From assembly GCF_964204645.1 (NCBI RefSeq), contig NC_134026.1, forward strand, positions 21,114,150 through 21,178,149: DNA of 64,000 nucleotides. Direction: 5' to 3'. The position numbers were made by a program, and so were the translations under genes. Source of the DNA: Tubulanus polymorphus (Eukaryota > Animalia > Nemertea). Under the pieces are notes generated by a model that saw nothing but the letters and a program-made list of their open reading frames with translations, was not told the DNA's origin and searched no databases. Positions 38,283 through 51,213 of the stretch are shown piece after piece; position 1 is the stretch's first letter; the number at the start of each line of letters is the position of its first letter.

Positions 38283-38331
38283 CGGGCGCACGACGGCAAC
38301 GGTTAGAAAGCACCACCGTTGCCGTCGCCCG
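38283..38331. other. GC-rich hairpin with a perfect 13 bp stem
   Basis: CGACGGCAACGGT (38291-38303) / ACCGTTGCCGTCG (38315-38327), 11 nt loop, extended by CGGG/CCCG. Confidence 0.8.
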
Positions 38332-38843
38332 GACAAAGTAGCCATTATGTTTTACCTGTGGGAAAAGCCCACTTCCCGTGGATAATGCGCGAATTTTTAC
38401 ATGCTCCATTATCGGATTAGGCGCAGCGTCAGCTATCGTGAAATCTCGTTTACAGAATGACTGTCTCAAAAATTGGATCTATAACAAGAGTGCCAGAAGC
38501 TTTGTAATTAGGTATGCGTAAAACCCCCGATATGGAACCTACGGAGCCCTGGGTAAAATTTGTCTCAGTCGAATCGACGTCGATGCCTATCATCATTTCA
38601 ATATCGTACTACATTATATATAGTTTTTCTTAGATGTTTTTCTTTTCGATGTGAAAATGTTGGATCGAATTTGGTGAACAGCCTGGTGTGTATCTTGCAG
38701 TTATCAGTCCTAGGTCGACCTCCACACACTTAATCACAATTCTTCCAGTTTTGTATTAAGAAAATACATGAATTTTATCCCCATGTTTTTTAAACGATCG
38801 TCCTGTCTTCGTACAGAAACAAAAAAATGTTCATGAACGGATC

Positions 38844-39121
38844 CAGGGGCAGGCTTTGGCAGGAGCACAAAGAAATGAAAAGTGCATATAATCTGAAAAC
38901 TGGAAAGTTAATCATATACGCGGCCAAAACAGGGATCTTCATCCAATTTCTAGGCACTTTAGGGGCATTCAATATGTTAAACCATTTAAGCTGAATCTTG
39001 CGCATCGGACTGCTGTCTTATTGGTCGCGGGTGGAAAACGTGCCCTGAAAAGATTGCTATTGTAATTTCCCATTGCGACTGGAGCGCGTGCTCCATGGGC
39101 TCCCTTCTGGATCCGCCCCTG
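38844..39121. mobile_element. Non-autonomous element with CAGGGGC(A/G)G ... GGATCCGCCCCTG termini
   Basis: Terminal inverted match CAGGGGC / GCCCCTG; same terminus type as the 9.5, 11.9, 14.9 and 33 kb elements. Confidence 0.55.
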
Positions 39122-39786
39122 ATTCATCGGTATAGCCAGAGGGTATTTCCAGGCTAAAGTTGTGCCTGCTGCATTCTAATGGTTTTGATTTGCTTGGATA
39201 CAATTGCTTCAAAGTCAAAGAGTAAGGAGATAAGATAAACAAGTAGGTAACGAAATACCTCGTTCCAATGACGATGCTTAATTACAAAATCCCGTTTGAT
39301 TTAGAGAAACGAGTCCAAAAGGCAGTCAAAGCTTCTGATGCACTAAAAAGCACAGACGATCTTATATATGTTTTGAGCTTACATTTCAGTCACGATGCTT
39401 TCGATTAACTTTCGCAATTTGAATGTCATCTCGGGGGCACGATCATAGATTCAGCATGGTGAAAATGCGAAACAAACAAAAAATTACAATTCAACCAGCG
39501 CGCGCTTTGCTGCCAACTAACAGGTCATTTCCGATGTTAATCTTAACGTTGCAATCGTTAGAAATTTAATGAAGGACCGTGTGCGCCAGCGTGTGCCCGG
39601 CGGGCTCGTCGTTATTTCGCAATTTATCGGTAGTTTCAGAAACGAACAAGATAAACGAATTACTATACTGCGTATATGTCTTGGAAACATGGTACGGCTC
39701 CGCGATACGGCGCGGCGAGTTGAAAAAACCGCCCCGGATTCAACGTTGCCTACAGCGATTCTAACATGATCGGAACAAACCTTACG

Positions 39787-40100
39787 TAAGTCGGATCTCT
39801 GGAGACCAAGAATCATCCGACTTTAGATAAGTCGGACTTCCAGCCTTTTCCGAAAACTACGACTTGAGAATAAGTTTCGGTAAAAATCTAATCAACATCT
39901 ACGAGAAATGATTTGAATATACGCCGAAATATTTCGGGTTTATTTTTTCTATTCTAATACGCTATAACCACAAATAAAATAACGTATAGCCCGCCGTGGT
40001 GAGTGAGTGAATTAAACTGATTTATGGGACCTAGAAAAGCACTACGAGATTCCGAGTTTCCGACTTAATAGGCGAGATAGGCGAGTTTCCGACTTAAAAA
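39787..40100. mobile_element. Degenerate pogo/Tc1-like MITE with sub-terminal TAAGTCGGA / TCCGACTTA repeats
   Basis: taagtcgga twice on the left, tttccgacttaa twice on the right. Confidence 0.45.
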
Positions 40101-43100
40101 AGAGGATGGAAAAATTTGGAACGATTATCTGACTTTATGTTATGTATTCACAACGCGGCGCGCACCTTCATCTAATCATTTAACTTTCAAAAAAATGAAT
40201 TAAGCCGAGGTATATCATACTTTGGTCACCCTTTTAGATTTAAGCTTGTTTGTCTAACACAAATTTTGGGACTTTTTTGTTGAGTAGATTTCTTATTTTC
40301 TGGCTAGTGAAAAATAACTTGTTAACTTTATCGAATGATATGATGATGCTCTTCGGACCTGGACTAACGCCAAGAGACAATGCCTAAATTGTGGGATTTC
40401 TTATGTTATTTTCATCCGTGCCGGCATTTATGTTAGATCTGACGTAGAAAAAACTTCCGTGAAATGTTGGATGTCGCTGAGCGTGCAGATATCATTGTTT
40501 AAACCGTACGAAGCTCTATTTGGCATAACTGAATCATTACCTGCGCAAATATGTGGCCATATTCGCAAATTGGTGACGTGACGCGGCCGTTACTAGGACT
40601 TCTCACGGCAAGGTGCGTCCGCTGATTTAGTCGACATTGGGTTTAGGATTTTTTTTATCATTGTTACGTTCACACGAATGCCTAAATCCGCGACCGGTTT
40701 GTTGTGTTGCTTGATACTAATTCCATCTTATTTCGCCGTTTCGTCTGCCGGCCTTGCCTCACCCAACATCAAACGTGGATAAATCATACCAATTTGACAA
40801 GCCGGCTATCGCTCTGATAATGTCATTTCTGGGTGACTTGGAGCTTGTCGCTCATTATAACATGGAAAGAATAACTCTCTCCCTCTCTCTCACGACTTGG
40901 AGTAGCACGGCGGAGTGCGGAAAAAACTAGTGTATACACACGCGGGTAACAATGCGTGAAGCCACGTTGGTCGAGGCGAATTTCATTTTTAATCGCTGCC
41001 ATCTTTCCATCATTAGCTAATGTATTGGTACGTTATAATGTAACTGAAGTGTTTTACGTCACTCCTAATTGGTCGCTCGGTGTATGCGCACTTTATTTAT
41101 AGCGCACAAATGGCCATGAACATTTTACATCTAACATATCGACTGGAAACCACAAAGCATAAATGCGGTTTAAGCCCGTTATACCCGCAAACCAGGATTT
41201 GCCCCGCAAATACTGTAAATTCATATTCTCTTCCACTAGAACGTCTCGATTGAAACAAGAGATAACACCATTTCATCGGCATATTGTTTAGCTAACCTGG
41301 AGATGATTATGAGCTGATGAATATACAATCATCTTCCACTTACTACTTTGCCACGAATTATAAACAAACCAACAGAAGCAATGTACACTAGCAATATTAC
41401 CTACCCTAATGCAGCAGTTAATCTGCAGCATGGACCTACCATCGATGTTTGATCAATTTGCAATTCAAATTTCTGATCGTGCGGGCTTCCCGTGTGTAAT
41501 ACCTGTCGAACAAAACGGCAGCCTATCTATATCGGAATCGCATTATTTCTCAAAGCAAATTATGATTTGATGATTTCTATCGCGCACGAAGACGCCAAAT
41601 TATAACCGAATGATCTCCCATTAAAATCCCATGGAAGACGCGCATACGACACCAGAAGTTATTAGAAGATAATGAACTACGTAGGCAAGCGTGTGTATGT
41701 CACGTGCCTTATTTTTTCAATCAAGTTGGGAGGACCCGGCACGAATGTAAATGCAATTTAAATGCATCCACAAGTCGTTGTTCTCTTGTAAAATCTTGTT
41801 AAAAATCCATGTTCGGGATTTCCTTTGCTCCGGCGAGTGAAGCGTCTGAGAAACTGGGTCTATACGGCGGGTATGATGTTTGGAAGCGTGTCCTTAAGTA
41901 TCGTTTGAACGTCGGATTTCCAACGTGTCAGGTTAAGAATAACTGATTTTCCCATCAACAAAATTGTATTTCACCACTGCGCTCGTACCCAACGCAAACC
42001 CCCACGACCCTCTGGGAACGGTCCTGTGGCATTGTATGAGCGAGATCTTATCTGCATAAAAAAGAAGTAATATCTGCAATGCACCGAAGTAGGTGATACA
42101 ATAGATTTATCATATCTGAATGAATTATTACTTGAAGAGAGATATTAAAAATCGTCCGTCGATTACTGGTAAACAATCACTTATTAGCACCGCAGACACA
42201 CTTTAGCCGTACGTCGGCGCGATGATCGTTGTCGTCAACCGTTTATCTATAATTAATGTCTAGCCCGAAGTGGAATGAAGCCACACATTTGTTAAACGAA
42301 TTTCGTCCCTTTAGAAAAATAGCATATCGAGCGCGCAGTTTAGTTGTCTAATGCGTTCTACGCGTGTCCTGTTTACGTAAATAAATAATCCGATGATTTG
42401 GTCGATGTTGCGACTCGGTTCCGTCATTTGGCAAATTAAACATTCGCTTTCGAAATCTTTTGGGTATATTTGCGCCACTGCAGTTAGTCGTATTCGCTTT
42501 CACTCTAATTACTTTCACAGTCTGGGGTCGTCGAAAAAAAGCGTGTTCCGCGCAAGCGATTCGCCCTGTGTATAACGGAACTATAGCAATTCCCTTTTCG
42601 CCAGATGCCGCGCCGGAAGTTGACGCCAACGGAAAATTTCGCCATAGCTGTTAATTGAATTAGAAAAAAGCCAAAAATCGAGCGAAATAATGCGTCGGTG
42701 GAACACGGGTTCTGGTTTTGTTTTTTTTTGCGAGATTTTAACGAAGGAAAAGGCGTTTTCCATAGTTATTAGTCGATGAATAAGATTATTACAGCAAATA
42801 TGGACAGCCGGCATCACGTTTTGATAGCCACTTAAAGCGCCATTCTCGGCTGCCGCTTGTATCTGGACATTTAAGTGCTTCTGATTTTTCGGTCGCCGTG
42901 GTTGATATTTTTCGAGACGGCGATCGCAAGTCGCTATGTGTCTTGTTTCTACGATTCAATTTCGACCGATTAAGTAAACGGATCAATCATAGCTCTGCGT
43001 CATTTGCCGGTTTGTCGAGTAAATTATTTTGTAATTACACGGACCCTCCGGGCTGATACATTATATGTACACATAGAGGTTTCGATTGCGTAAAGATTGA

Positions 43101-44522
43101 GCTTAAGTTAGATTGTCCACGTAAAACCCAGCCGAATTTTGATATGATAAACATTCTTTCATGCAACATGTTTACTATCTTACTTTAGGGCACCCGATAT
43201 CAGATTTTTAAGCTGGCTTTTCCCTCGAAGTCTTAAAAGTTGGTGGAGCCCAACAATACTTTATATACGTTTCGTGGTTTTTTAAATCACTTTAAACTTG
43301 ATGTCTACTTATGTCTGTTCATAACGCCATCAGAGTGGATCCGTTCAAGAATGACGGGTTTTTGGAATCCAACTCTATTTCCAGGGATGCTGTATTTCAT
43401 GAAATAAAACGACCCGGATCGTATTAATATGTATTAGCTCGTTACGACCAACAATAGGGATTTTGCTACACAATTCTCTAATCCATCCATATCCGAGGAT
43501 TTTGTGAAGCTAGTAGCTGCATCTCACATTACTACGTTCTGATATGCTTTGTCGATTCGCTGTCATATATTTTCGCCGGTGTAAGCATGCGTATTATGTG
43601 TTTACCTGATTCCATATACGCGTATGCGAATCAAATGGCCGAGCGGCTACTAAATTAATCATTAATACCATCTCCGTTGAGAACACGATCAACCGCCGTT
43701 CGCTAAAAACAGACGAAATCGTGATACTTTCGTTTGGCGGCGAAAAACTCCGGACACAAAGCCGGCCTACCTTGATACCTGTCACTGCGTCGGTACATGC
43801 GAATGATAAACGATGATCATTATATGGCAAGATAAATCACTTTTTGCATCTCGCCATTCTAATATGACTTGTGAGAGACGGACAGTCACAGTAAATAAAC
43901 TGCAATGTCGTTCGTCTTAACAAAATGAAACTCGCCCGTTTGATGCCCCTATGTATTCCTCGTGCGCGAGACGCAGTTTATCCTTGTCATCCACGAAATG
44001 ATAAACGCAATGTAATTCGACCATCACCGGCGATATACACTACGCAAACCATTCTCCTGTCGTGGACATTTACATATATTTGCAATCTAGACAGATTTAT
44101 ATAGCCGAAGAAGTCACGTAGAAGAATGGCGAAATGTCGTAGTATTTTGAACTTCCTCGTTATTGGGGAGATTTCGCGCAATACGCCAAGTTGTTGTTTG
44201 ATTTACGTATCAAATTCGATTATTTTGTGGACCGATTAAATACTTAATACATTATTCAACGAAATTAGCTTTACTCTCGTATATTTCCATTGGATTCCTA
44301 GTATTACCTATTACCATATACAAACCTCGTGTAGATGTTTTAGTAGTTGGTATTACGCGGCTTCCATTACCAGGTTATGTATAGATATTCTCCTATTCAC
44401 AGAGCAAAATACAAATCGAAAATGTCATCTTATCGATATATATGCTTACATACACAAAGCTTTCCCAAGCTTTCAAATCATAGAATTTAAAAAAACCGCT
44501 TGCGCGCTGGGAGCTTTTTTCG

Positions 44523-44549
44523 CAGCAGCAGCAGCAGCAGCAGCAGCAG
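44523..44549. repeat. (CAG)9 microsatellite
   Basis: Nine perfect CAG units, not in a recognisable exon. Confidence 0.95.
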
Positions 44550-45254
44550 TTTTTGTTATTACAGTGCTATAGTAAAACTTTTGAAATAAATACACTGGGA
44601 TGAATAAAGCGTAGAATTTTTATTTCATAGAGATTGTGATTGATGATTATTTTTCGTAGTTGTTATTTCTTTTTCCAAAATGTCCCAAGGCAGTTATTTC
44701 CATCCCTTGTAAACAATAATTGCGCGGCTGCTCTTGAAAGATTTAAAAGGGTGATATTTATATTAGAAAATTTAAGACCGCTGTTCCGGGTTAGAACTCA
44801 CTCACGATTGTGGAACATTGCAGGAGGCTGGATAATTTTCACTCATATTGAGCAGGTATTTCAAGTATGGTTCGAATGTGCTCTTCCCGTAAAAAGTATA
44901 GCATGAACGAAACAGGTTAGTTTTGGTATAAGGTTTGAAAAGTCTCGTTGCTGGTGGAGTCAAATGTTTCTATTGCAAAATCTTGGTAATTGTCATTATA
45001 ATGCTCTCCCACCAAAATTTGAAATACTGACTTGCCATATAGTGAAGGTTCCGGTAGGGATGACTTGTATTCGAGCGTTTCATTTCTGAATTTCTATACG
45101 AAATACTTCTTAAAATACAGTTGTGGTTTATTTTCACGAAAAGAATGAAATGACTTAAGTCTACGCTCAAACCAGTAGAACTAAAGGAAATGAATGTTTC
45201 GCATTTTACGGATTACTGTAAAAAAGTCGTTTTGCTGGCAGTGATCTCGAAATA

Positions 45255-45336
45255 GGGATAGTCCCTGTTATTTATTTGTTTGGAAGATTTGATTTTGTTC
45301 GTTTTGATTTGGTGTCCCTTACAAACCCATCACACC
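45255..45336 (+). repeat. ~85 bp dispersed repeat, copy 2 (copy 1 at 4360-4441)
   Basis: GATTTGGTGTCCCTTACAAACCCATCACACC. Confidence 0.75.
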
Positions 45337-45941
45337 AGCTGCCTGGAATGAAACAGGGGTTTTGATTTTGAAATCGGAACTCGAAGTACAGATATAGTTG
45401 TGTGATCATTGGTCGAATTTACAGAATTTCTGTTCCGGTGCGACTGATTGGGGTTAATTTTGCTTGCTGCCTAATTAAGTATATCGAAATTTTGGATACT
45501 AGCCTACGAAGTTGAAGATAATTTTGGCCATTTTTACATTTTTGGTCGTTTTCCGCGTGTAAATAGTCCGAAAGTTATCGTAGTTTTTTCTCGGGTATAT
45601 CTTGATGTAGAAGTCCTCTAAGTTGATTGTCCCGCGTGTTGACTAGATCAAAAAGAAGCTGGATGTTACCGGGATAAGCAGATGTGACTTTCGCAGATTT
45701 CGCCGCGGACGGCAGCAGCGTACACATGTCGCAGCAAACAGACAACGGATTGATATATATGAACTATTTCTGCGAGTTGACGACAGTGGGAGCAATTGCC
45801 GCGTGATCGATAGCTTCTTCTGGCTGTTCAACTCAACTGCAAGACGCATCAATAATACTCCTCTAGCAGGACTACAAACGTGAACTCTATAAAAACGGAT
45901 ACTCGCCGGGGATGGATAGTTTCAGCGCGTTTAATTAAAAG

Positions 45942-45955
45942 ATGGCCACAGGAAG
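45942..45955 (+). CDS. Candidate first coding exon end (MATG + AG, phase 2) of a plus-strand gene continuing to the right
   Basis: Kozak AAG ATG G and strong donor AAG|GTAAGA after a CpG-rich leader. Confidence 0.3.
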
Positions 45956-48740
45956 GTAAGATGAATATAAAGATATGTGTGACGAATACGATTAGTTTGT
46001 ATATCCATCGTTTCTCTGACGAATGCGATCTTTTTCAAGTTAAAGAGTTTTTGCGAGACTTATTTGGAATAGTTGGTATTTTTTTAACTGCATAATTGAC
46101 GAGCCCTCCCTATTTAAGCAATGATTAAATGATATTAGAATGCAAATGGTATCCAAGAGTAACTTTATGAAAGTTTATGAAAATATTCATTAATTTCTAG
46201 TAAACGCACTCGTTCTAAGTGACGTGTCGAAAAACCATGCACGGAATTACGAATTCTAAATGGTGGAAGTGAAAAAAAATATATCATGTGTTATACGAAC
46301 GCATGAAAGATTTCGATCACTGAAGTTATGACAACTTGCAAAATCATCTAAATGGTGAAATAAAAATGTTGAAATTTACAATTACTTACGCAAAATATTA
46401 TACTAATTGTTGGAAAGCATTTTGATAATTTCTTGTCATTTCTACAATTATATACCGTATAAAGATATAAATTCTGCTGAATGCGTGGTAAATTAGATTT
46501 ACCATTCACATGAATGCAGCCTTTTAATACAATCGCATGTTTTAACTAATGCATCCGTAATCCCTTTGCGCGTTTGCTACAGTAGATTTGTATAGCATAT
46601 GACAATAACAAAAAACAATATTTGAATTTGAAGATTTCCGTGGTTCTTGCAGTTTCTCTCTTCTACATTTTCCTAGATTGTGTTACACAGAAAAAAGGCG
46701 ACGGGAACGATCAATTCTTTAGCGCTATACGAAGTGTAATCTCGCGTATAGACTATACCGCCGAGAAAAGACGCTATAAGCGATCCATACTGATTTGTAA
46801 TGAATTCGCTTTAGTTCATCCCATTGTGAACTTAGTTAGCAAACGAAGTTTTGCGTTAAATTCCCCAGAGGGAATGATATCTTGATTGTATCGGATGTTG
46901 TTTCAGAAAAGCGTAATCGAAAAGCGCGCAAAAAATTAAAAAATCATGCGCCCACGAGTGCTTGTAAAGTAATCGTTCAGCGCACAATTTCTGTCACATT
47001 TCTCATATTCATATGCGACAGAAAGTGCTCATTGCATATTCATAACATGCTATTACAATCAGTGATAAACTTTGGGTGACCGCTGCTAATTAGCACTAGT
47101 TAAAAACAAAATTAGCTGCTAGAACGAAGCCACTATTCAAATACGATATCCCCTTCACCTGAAATCACCTTCATCTTGAAAACTAGGCCTGTATGATTAC
47201 CAATTTAACGATTATGCTTAAGTATTCACAAACCTGAACGAAGACAGGAGAAATCCGCGAAAACAATTTTTGCACGTTTATTTAGCTCAATATCTTAGTT
47301 AGATCTTTCTTGTTTCCAAAACCATGAGCTAAAAAATCACAATTGACTTCTATTTTACGGTAACTTATATTATGATTCATGAGAACTATGCATGCAAGTC
47401 AGTATAAAATCATTAATTTCTATGTACAACTTTCTTTTTCGAAATGCCTCATCGGCCGTGACCTGGGTATTCCTATCGGTGTGTCGGCTGTTCGATGGTG
47501 CTGTGCTTAACGCCATGAAGTATTCAGGTGATGTCTACGATAGCGAGCCTGTCGTATTGATCTCCGTGCCACGATTATACCCATTATTGTTTGGCACATC
47601 TAATATTGTTTTCACGGATTTGTCTCCCCTGTTCTTGATATTCGGTCAACGTGTGTGAATACGACATAAGACTAATCCAGCTGCAACGCAAACACTAATG
47701 TATTAGTTCACAGATCATATACATGTATAGTATACGTATTGTGTTACGTTACGTTCAAGATTACCGATTACAAATGCCGTTGACGTAACACTCACGGTCG
47801 ATTGGTACTACTTGTCGTTTTCAAGGCATTTAGTTATCAAAAATTTGACCGCAGCGAAAACATACACTGAGAGGGTATTTAAGGACATGAATTAGGACAT
47901 CATTTACCAGAAACCCGAAGTGCGGTGGCTAGTCATGTTTGGGAAACTAATGGTCATGGATTTTTCCTTATAACTATCAATACCTTACAGCAAGCTCTAA
48001 AGCTAAAGAAAGGATGATAATGGTGAAATAGCTATATTGCAGTCCAGTGGCCTTCGGAATCAACTTCTAAATTACCGTTGCATTGTAAAATTGGACCCCC
48101 AGTTCAGATCAAAAATAAATTTAGACCACTAAAAGATATGGGAAACAGGGTACACATTTTAGGGGTTAGCGATTTTACGCAGGAGGGTCGGGCGTATTTA
48201 TGTGTACGCGGGTGCGGATGGATGCCCTATGATGGTGATCGGGCCAAACGGCTAGCCTGATTGTTCATTTCACGCTATTTAGAAATGCTCATTACCACCG
48301 AACGAAATAACACATGCGCATTCGGTAATCAGTTAAGTGGTAATTTATTAGTCAAAGCAACGCGATTCAAACTATTCACTCACACGGCCTCATTTCCTAC
48401 CACGAATTGATGCGCGAATCCATTTACTAATGGCGAAATTATGGTCAGCAGTTCGGATTTTCAATGAATCAGACCAACAAAACCTCTGATTTTAAGCTCG
48501 CATTCGGCAAAATAAAAAGCAGTTTATTTGCGTCCTTGGCAATTCATTCGATTACTAATATGCACGAAACGTATACGCGTCGACTAGAAGAGAATTTTAG
48601 TCATGAAAGCTACCTCGAATTTCACATCATACTGTCTCGCGATATAGCGTGCCGATTTAATGCAAAGTACTTTCAGAAAAACGATGAACTACAGTTTAGG
48701 TCAGCACCAGGCACAATTCATCAATTTCTATTCTCTATAG

Positions 48741-48861
48741 ACATTTGCGCGCGACGAGTGAATTTATGCGTCACGAAGAATATCGGGATGTGGCTGTTCA
48801 AAACACGTAAATCATGGAGGTTCCATCCTTCAGGATTAGGAAGCTACCTGCAGCGAGCTCG
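48741..48861 (+). other. Candidate exon of the same plus-strand gene (UTR or alternative N-terminus)
   Basis: Acceptor ttctattctctatag, donor TCG|GTAAGA; ATGs at 48788 (phase 2) and 48814 (phase 0). Confidence 0.3.
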
Positions 48862-49439
48862 GTAAGAGCCAATGATTTTGAAAAAATCTGACTTTTTCAA
48901 TTATTTCAGCGAAATTCAGCATGCGGTATATTTTTTAATTTCTATTGCTTTATACGGCGCGTCAAAAATACATGTTTGAATTCTCAGTTTTTGCTGAGTG
49001 TAAAATTGATTGCATCGTCAACAATGTGGGAATGCAAAACTGCGAAAAGAGCTTCGCCGGCTTCTCCGCGCGCGCTTATCGAGAAGCATCCTTGTTTCTA
49101 GATATTTTTCACGCTCTCCGAAAATTCTAAACGGTTTTTATCGGACTACTTTCGCGAGGATAAGTCTACGATTTTCGAGAAAGAAAAGTCTTTCCGCTAG
49201 AAACTGAAGTGAAACCCTCAAGTTGTATCCATACATTGATAATCGAAATATGCATAACATCGGCATTATTTACCGATATATCGCTTGAGTGCAGTGCTTC
49301 ATTATAATTTCATGTTCTCGAGAGTTTGCGGTGTTTAACGCTCAGAAATTCTCGCACCGCTTAAGACGTATCCAGCACCGTGCATAAAGACGTTATATAG
49401 CTCGTCGCATTGGCCGTCAAACTCGACGACGATTGGCTA

Positions 49440-49816
49440 ATAACTCGAGATATGACATTCGGGCTCAGGCTCGATCTAGAACTCCGAAATTACCGTGCGT
49501 TAGTTCCCTTTGCATTTTGAATACGTTGTATTAAAGGGACATTGGCCAAATTTTGTCAAGAGAACTCTTTGAATTCCTCAGTTGTAAGGTAATCGTCAAG
49601 GTCATGTCGCTGAAAAAAGGGTTTGTATTGCCTAATTCTGCCACTAGGTTGCGTACGAGGCCTATTCTTTGTACTGCACAACTAGATTATACCCGAGTTT
49701 CATCAAGATCAACCCACCATTAACGAAGCTAAGTAGCTGAAAGACAGACACACGCACGGACAGACACAGACAGACAATACGAGAATAAGGGTCTCACGGC
49801 AGCTCGAGAACCAAAA
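49440..49816 (-). mobile_element. Helentron-associated (DINE-1/HINE-like) element, copy 1
   Basis: Reverse complement aligns with 63052-63430: CCGTGAGACCCTTATTCTC, (GTCT)n tract, CAGCTACTTAGCTTCGT, GATCTTGATGAA.CT.GGGTA, ACCTAG.GG.AGAA, TGACCTTG. Confidence 0.8.
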
Positions 49817-50901
49817 GAGAGTCGATCAGCGAGCGCAACTTCTAATGATGGGGTTTGATTTGTCAATTCCTCGGTGAAAATGTACACATATCAAAAAATA
49901 TTGAACAAACATGGAGACACGCCAAATTCACATGATACCGATAGTGCATTTGGGAATTTCTGATAAAACTCCATTTGCCTCGTCACGATATAAGAAAATG
50001 AACCGTTCGTGTTCTAAAGCAAATGAACTAATAGAATTGGGAGAAGCGTCGAAAAATATTTTCGAATTTGTGTTGGCTGCAAATTTACATAATTGCGCGG
50101 CGAAATGTATCTGCGCTATCTCCGTCATTTTGTCTCACGTAAATGTACCGCGTCGGTTGTTTAATTTGCAGTCCTGGGCCAATTTAACAAAAAAGATGAT
50201 TTTTTAATGTACCATCGGTATTGTATACCATCGAATGAAACTTTGAAAATGAATGCGCTCCTGGTTCTCGGACAGCTCTCAAGGTAACGACAAGAAGTAT
50301 ATACCGTCAAAATGATAAAATGCCTGCGTGTAATGTACGCATCCACCGAGCGTCTGCTGCTTTATCGGAAGTACCGTCTGTGCGCGCAAGCGGTCAGTTT
50401 AGCGCTGATAACTCGACGTGTCAGTGTCAAAAATCCATATTCCCCGAGTAATTCGCATAGTCGAACTGCCCATCCAGGCAGCTGAAGTTCGAAGATACAT
50501 AACGCGTATAGGAAATTACTTAGTATTCGAGATAAAATTGACGTCGACCGGCCTCGAGAGAGTTTCGCGCTTATCGTTTGATCATTGAAGAGATTAGACG
50601 AGTAGCTTCACCAAGAACCTAAGGTAGTTAGTTACTTTCGTCCCTACGCTCCGGCAGTCACATATAGATCCAGTCGTGTCTCAAATTCCCAGTTTTTCGG
50701 TTGTGCCCTAGAGCAAGGAGATTGCCGATACAACGGACTGTGCAGGCGATATGACAGTTGCTCCGCGCGCGTATGGAGAAGGAGCCCGCTCGTCTATCAC
50801 AATCTTCACCAGACCGATTTGGCGTTCCTGGGGAATTTGCTGCGTGATACAAATTGCTTCCGTTTAAAGGGTTCGACACAGCCGGCTGTGTCGGTAAAAT
50901 A

Positions 50902-50936
50902 ATGGCGACCGTCACCAATGAGGAGAAGTACCACCG
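50902..50936 (+). CDS. Candidate alternative first coding exon end (MATVTNEEKYH + CG, phase 2)
   Basis: Kozak ATA ATG G, donor CCG|GTAGGA, GC-rich ~250 nt leader. Confidence 0.3.
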
Positions 50937-51066
50937 GTAGGACCTTGATTAATTACGTCCGACGGCGGCAGACGTAGTCGTCCACCATGAAATTGTCTAC
51001 GATCTCGGAAGTCCGATTTTGACTAAGATTGATTATCGCTGACCTGTAAGCCAACACTATGAATAT

Positions 51067-51213
51067 ACAGTAGACTTCGCTCTTTTGGGACCGTAAAAAT
51101 GTGTCGGATTTGAGTGATATCTGAGTTGGATATTATGTATTTCATTATAGTGTCACAAAAAATAGTTTGAAAAACATCAGATGTGAACGGATCCGACTTG
51201 GGCGGAGTCTCCT
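51067..51213. mobile_element. Degenerate pogo/Tigger-like MITE
   Basis: TA-CAGTAGACTTCGC ... GCGGAGTCTCCTA imperfect TIR. Confidence 0.5.

Noticed and set aside
38676-38696. Loose similarity to miR-317
   Set aside because: Seed mismatch and no star arm.
42460-42654. TM-like ORF GIFAPLQLVVFAFTLITFTVWGRRKK
   Set aside because: No ATG or convincing splice sites in frame, an upstream in-frame stop, and no recognised homology.
44523-44549. Poly-Gln or poly-Ala coding tract
   Set aside because: Flanked by T-runs and stops with no exon structure; a simple microsatellite.
45615-45660. TGACTAGATC miR-279-family seed with partial upstream pairing
   Set aside because: Pairing covers only ~10 nt and the rest does not match the family.
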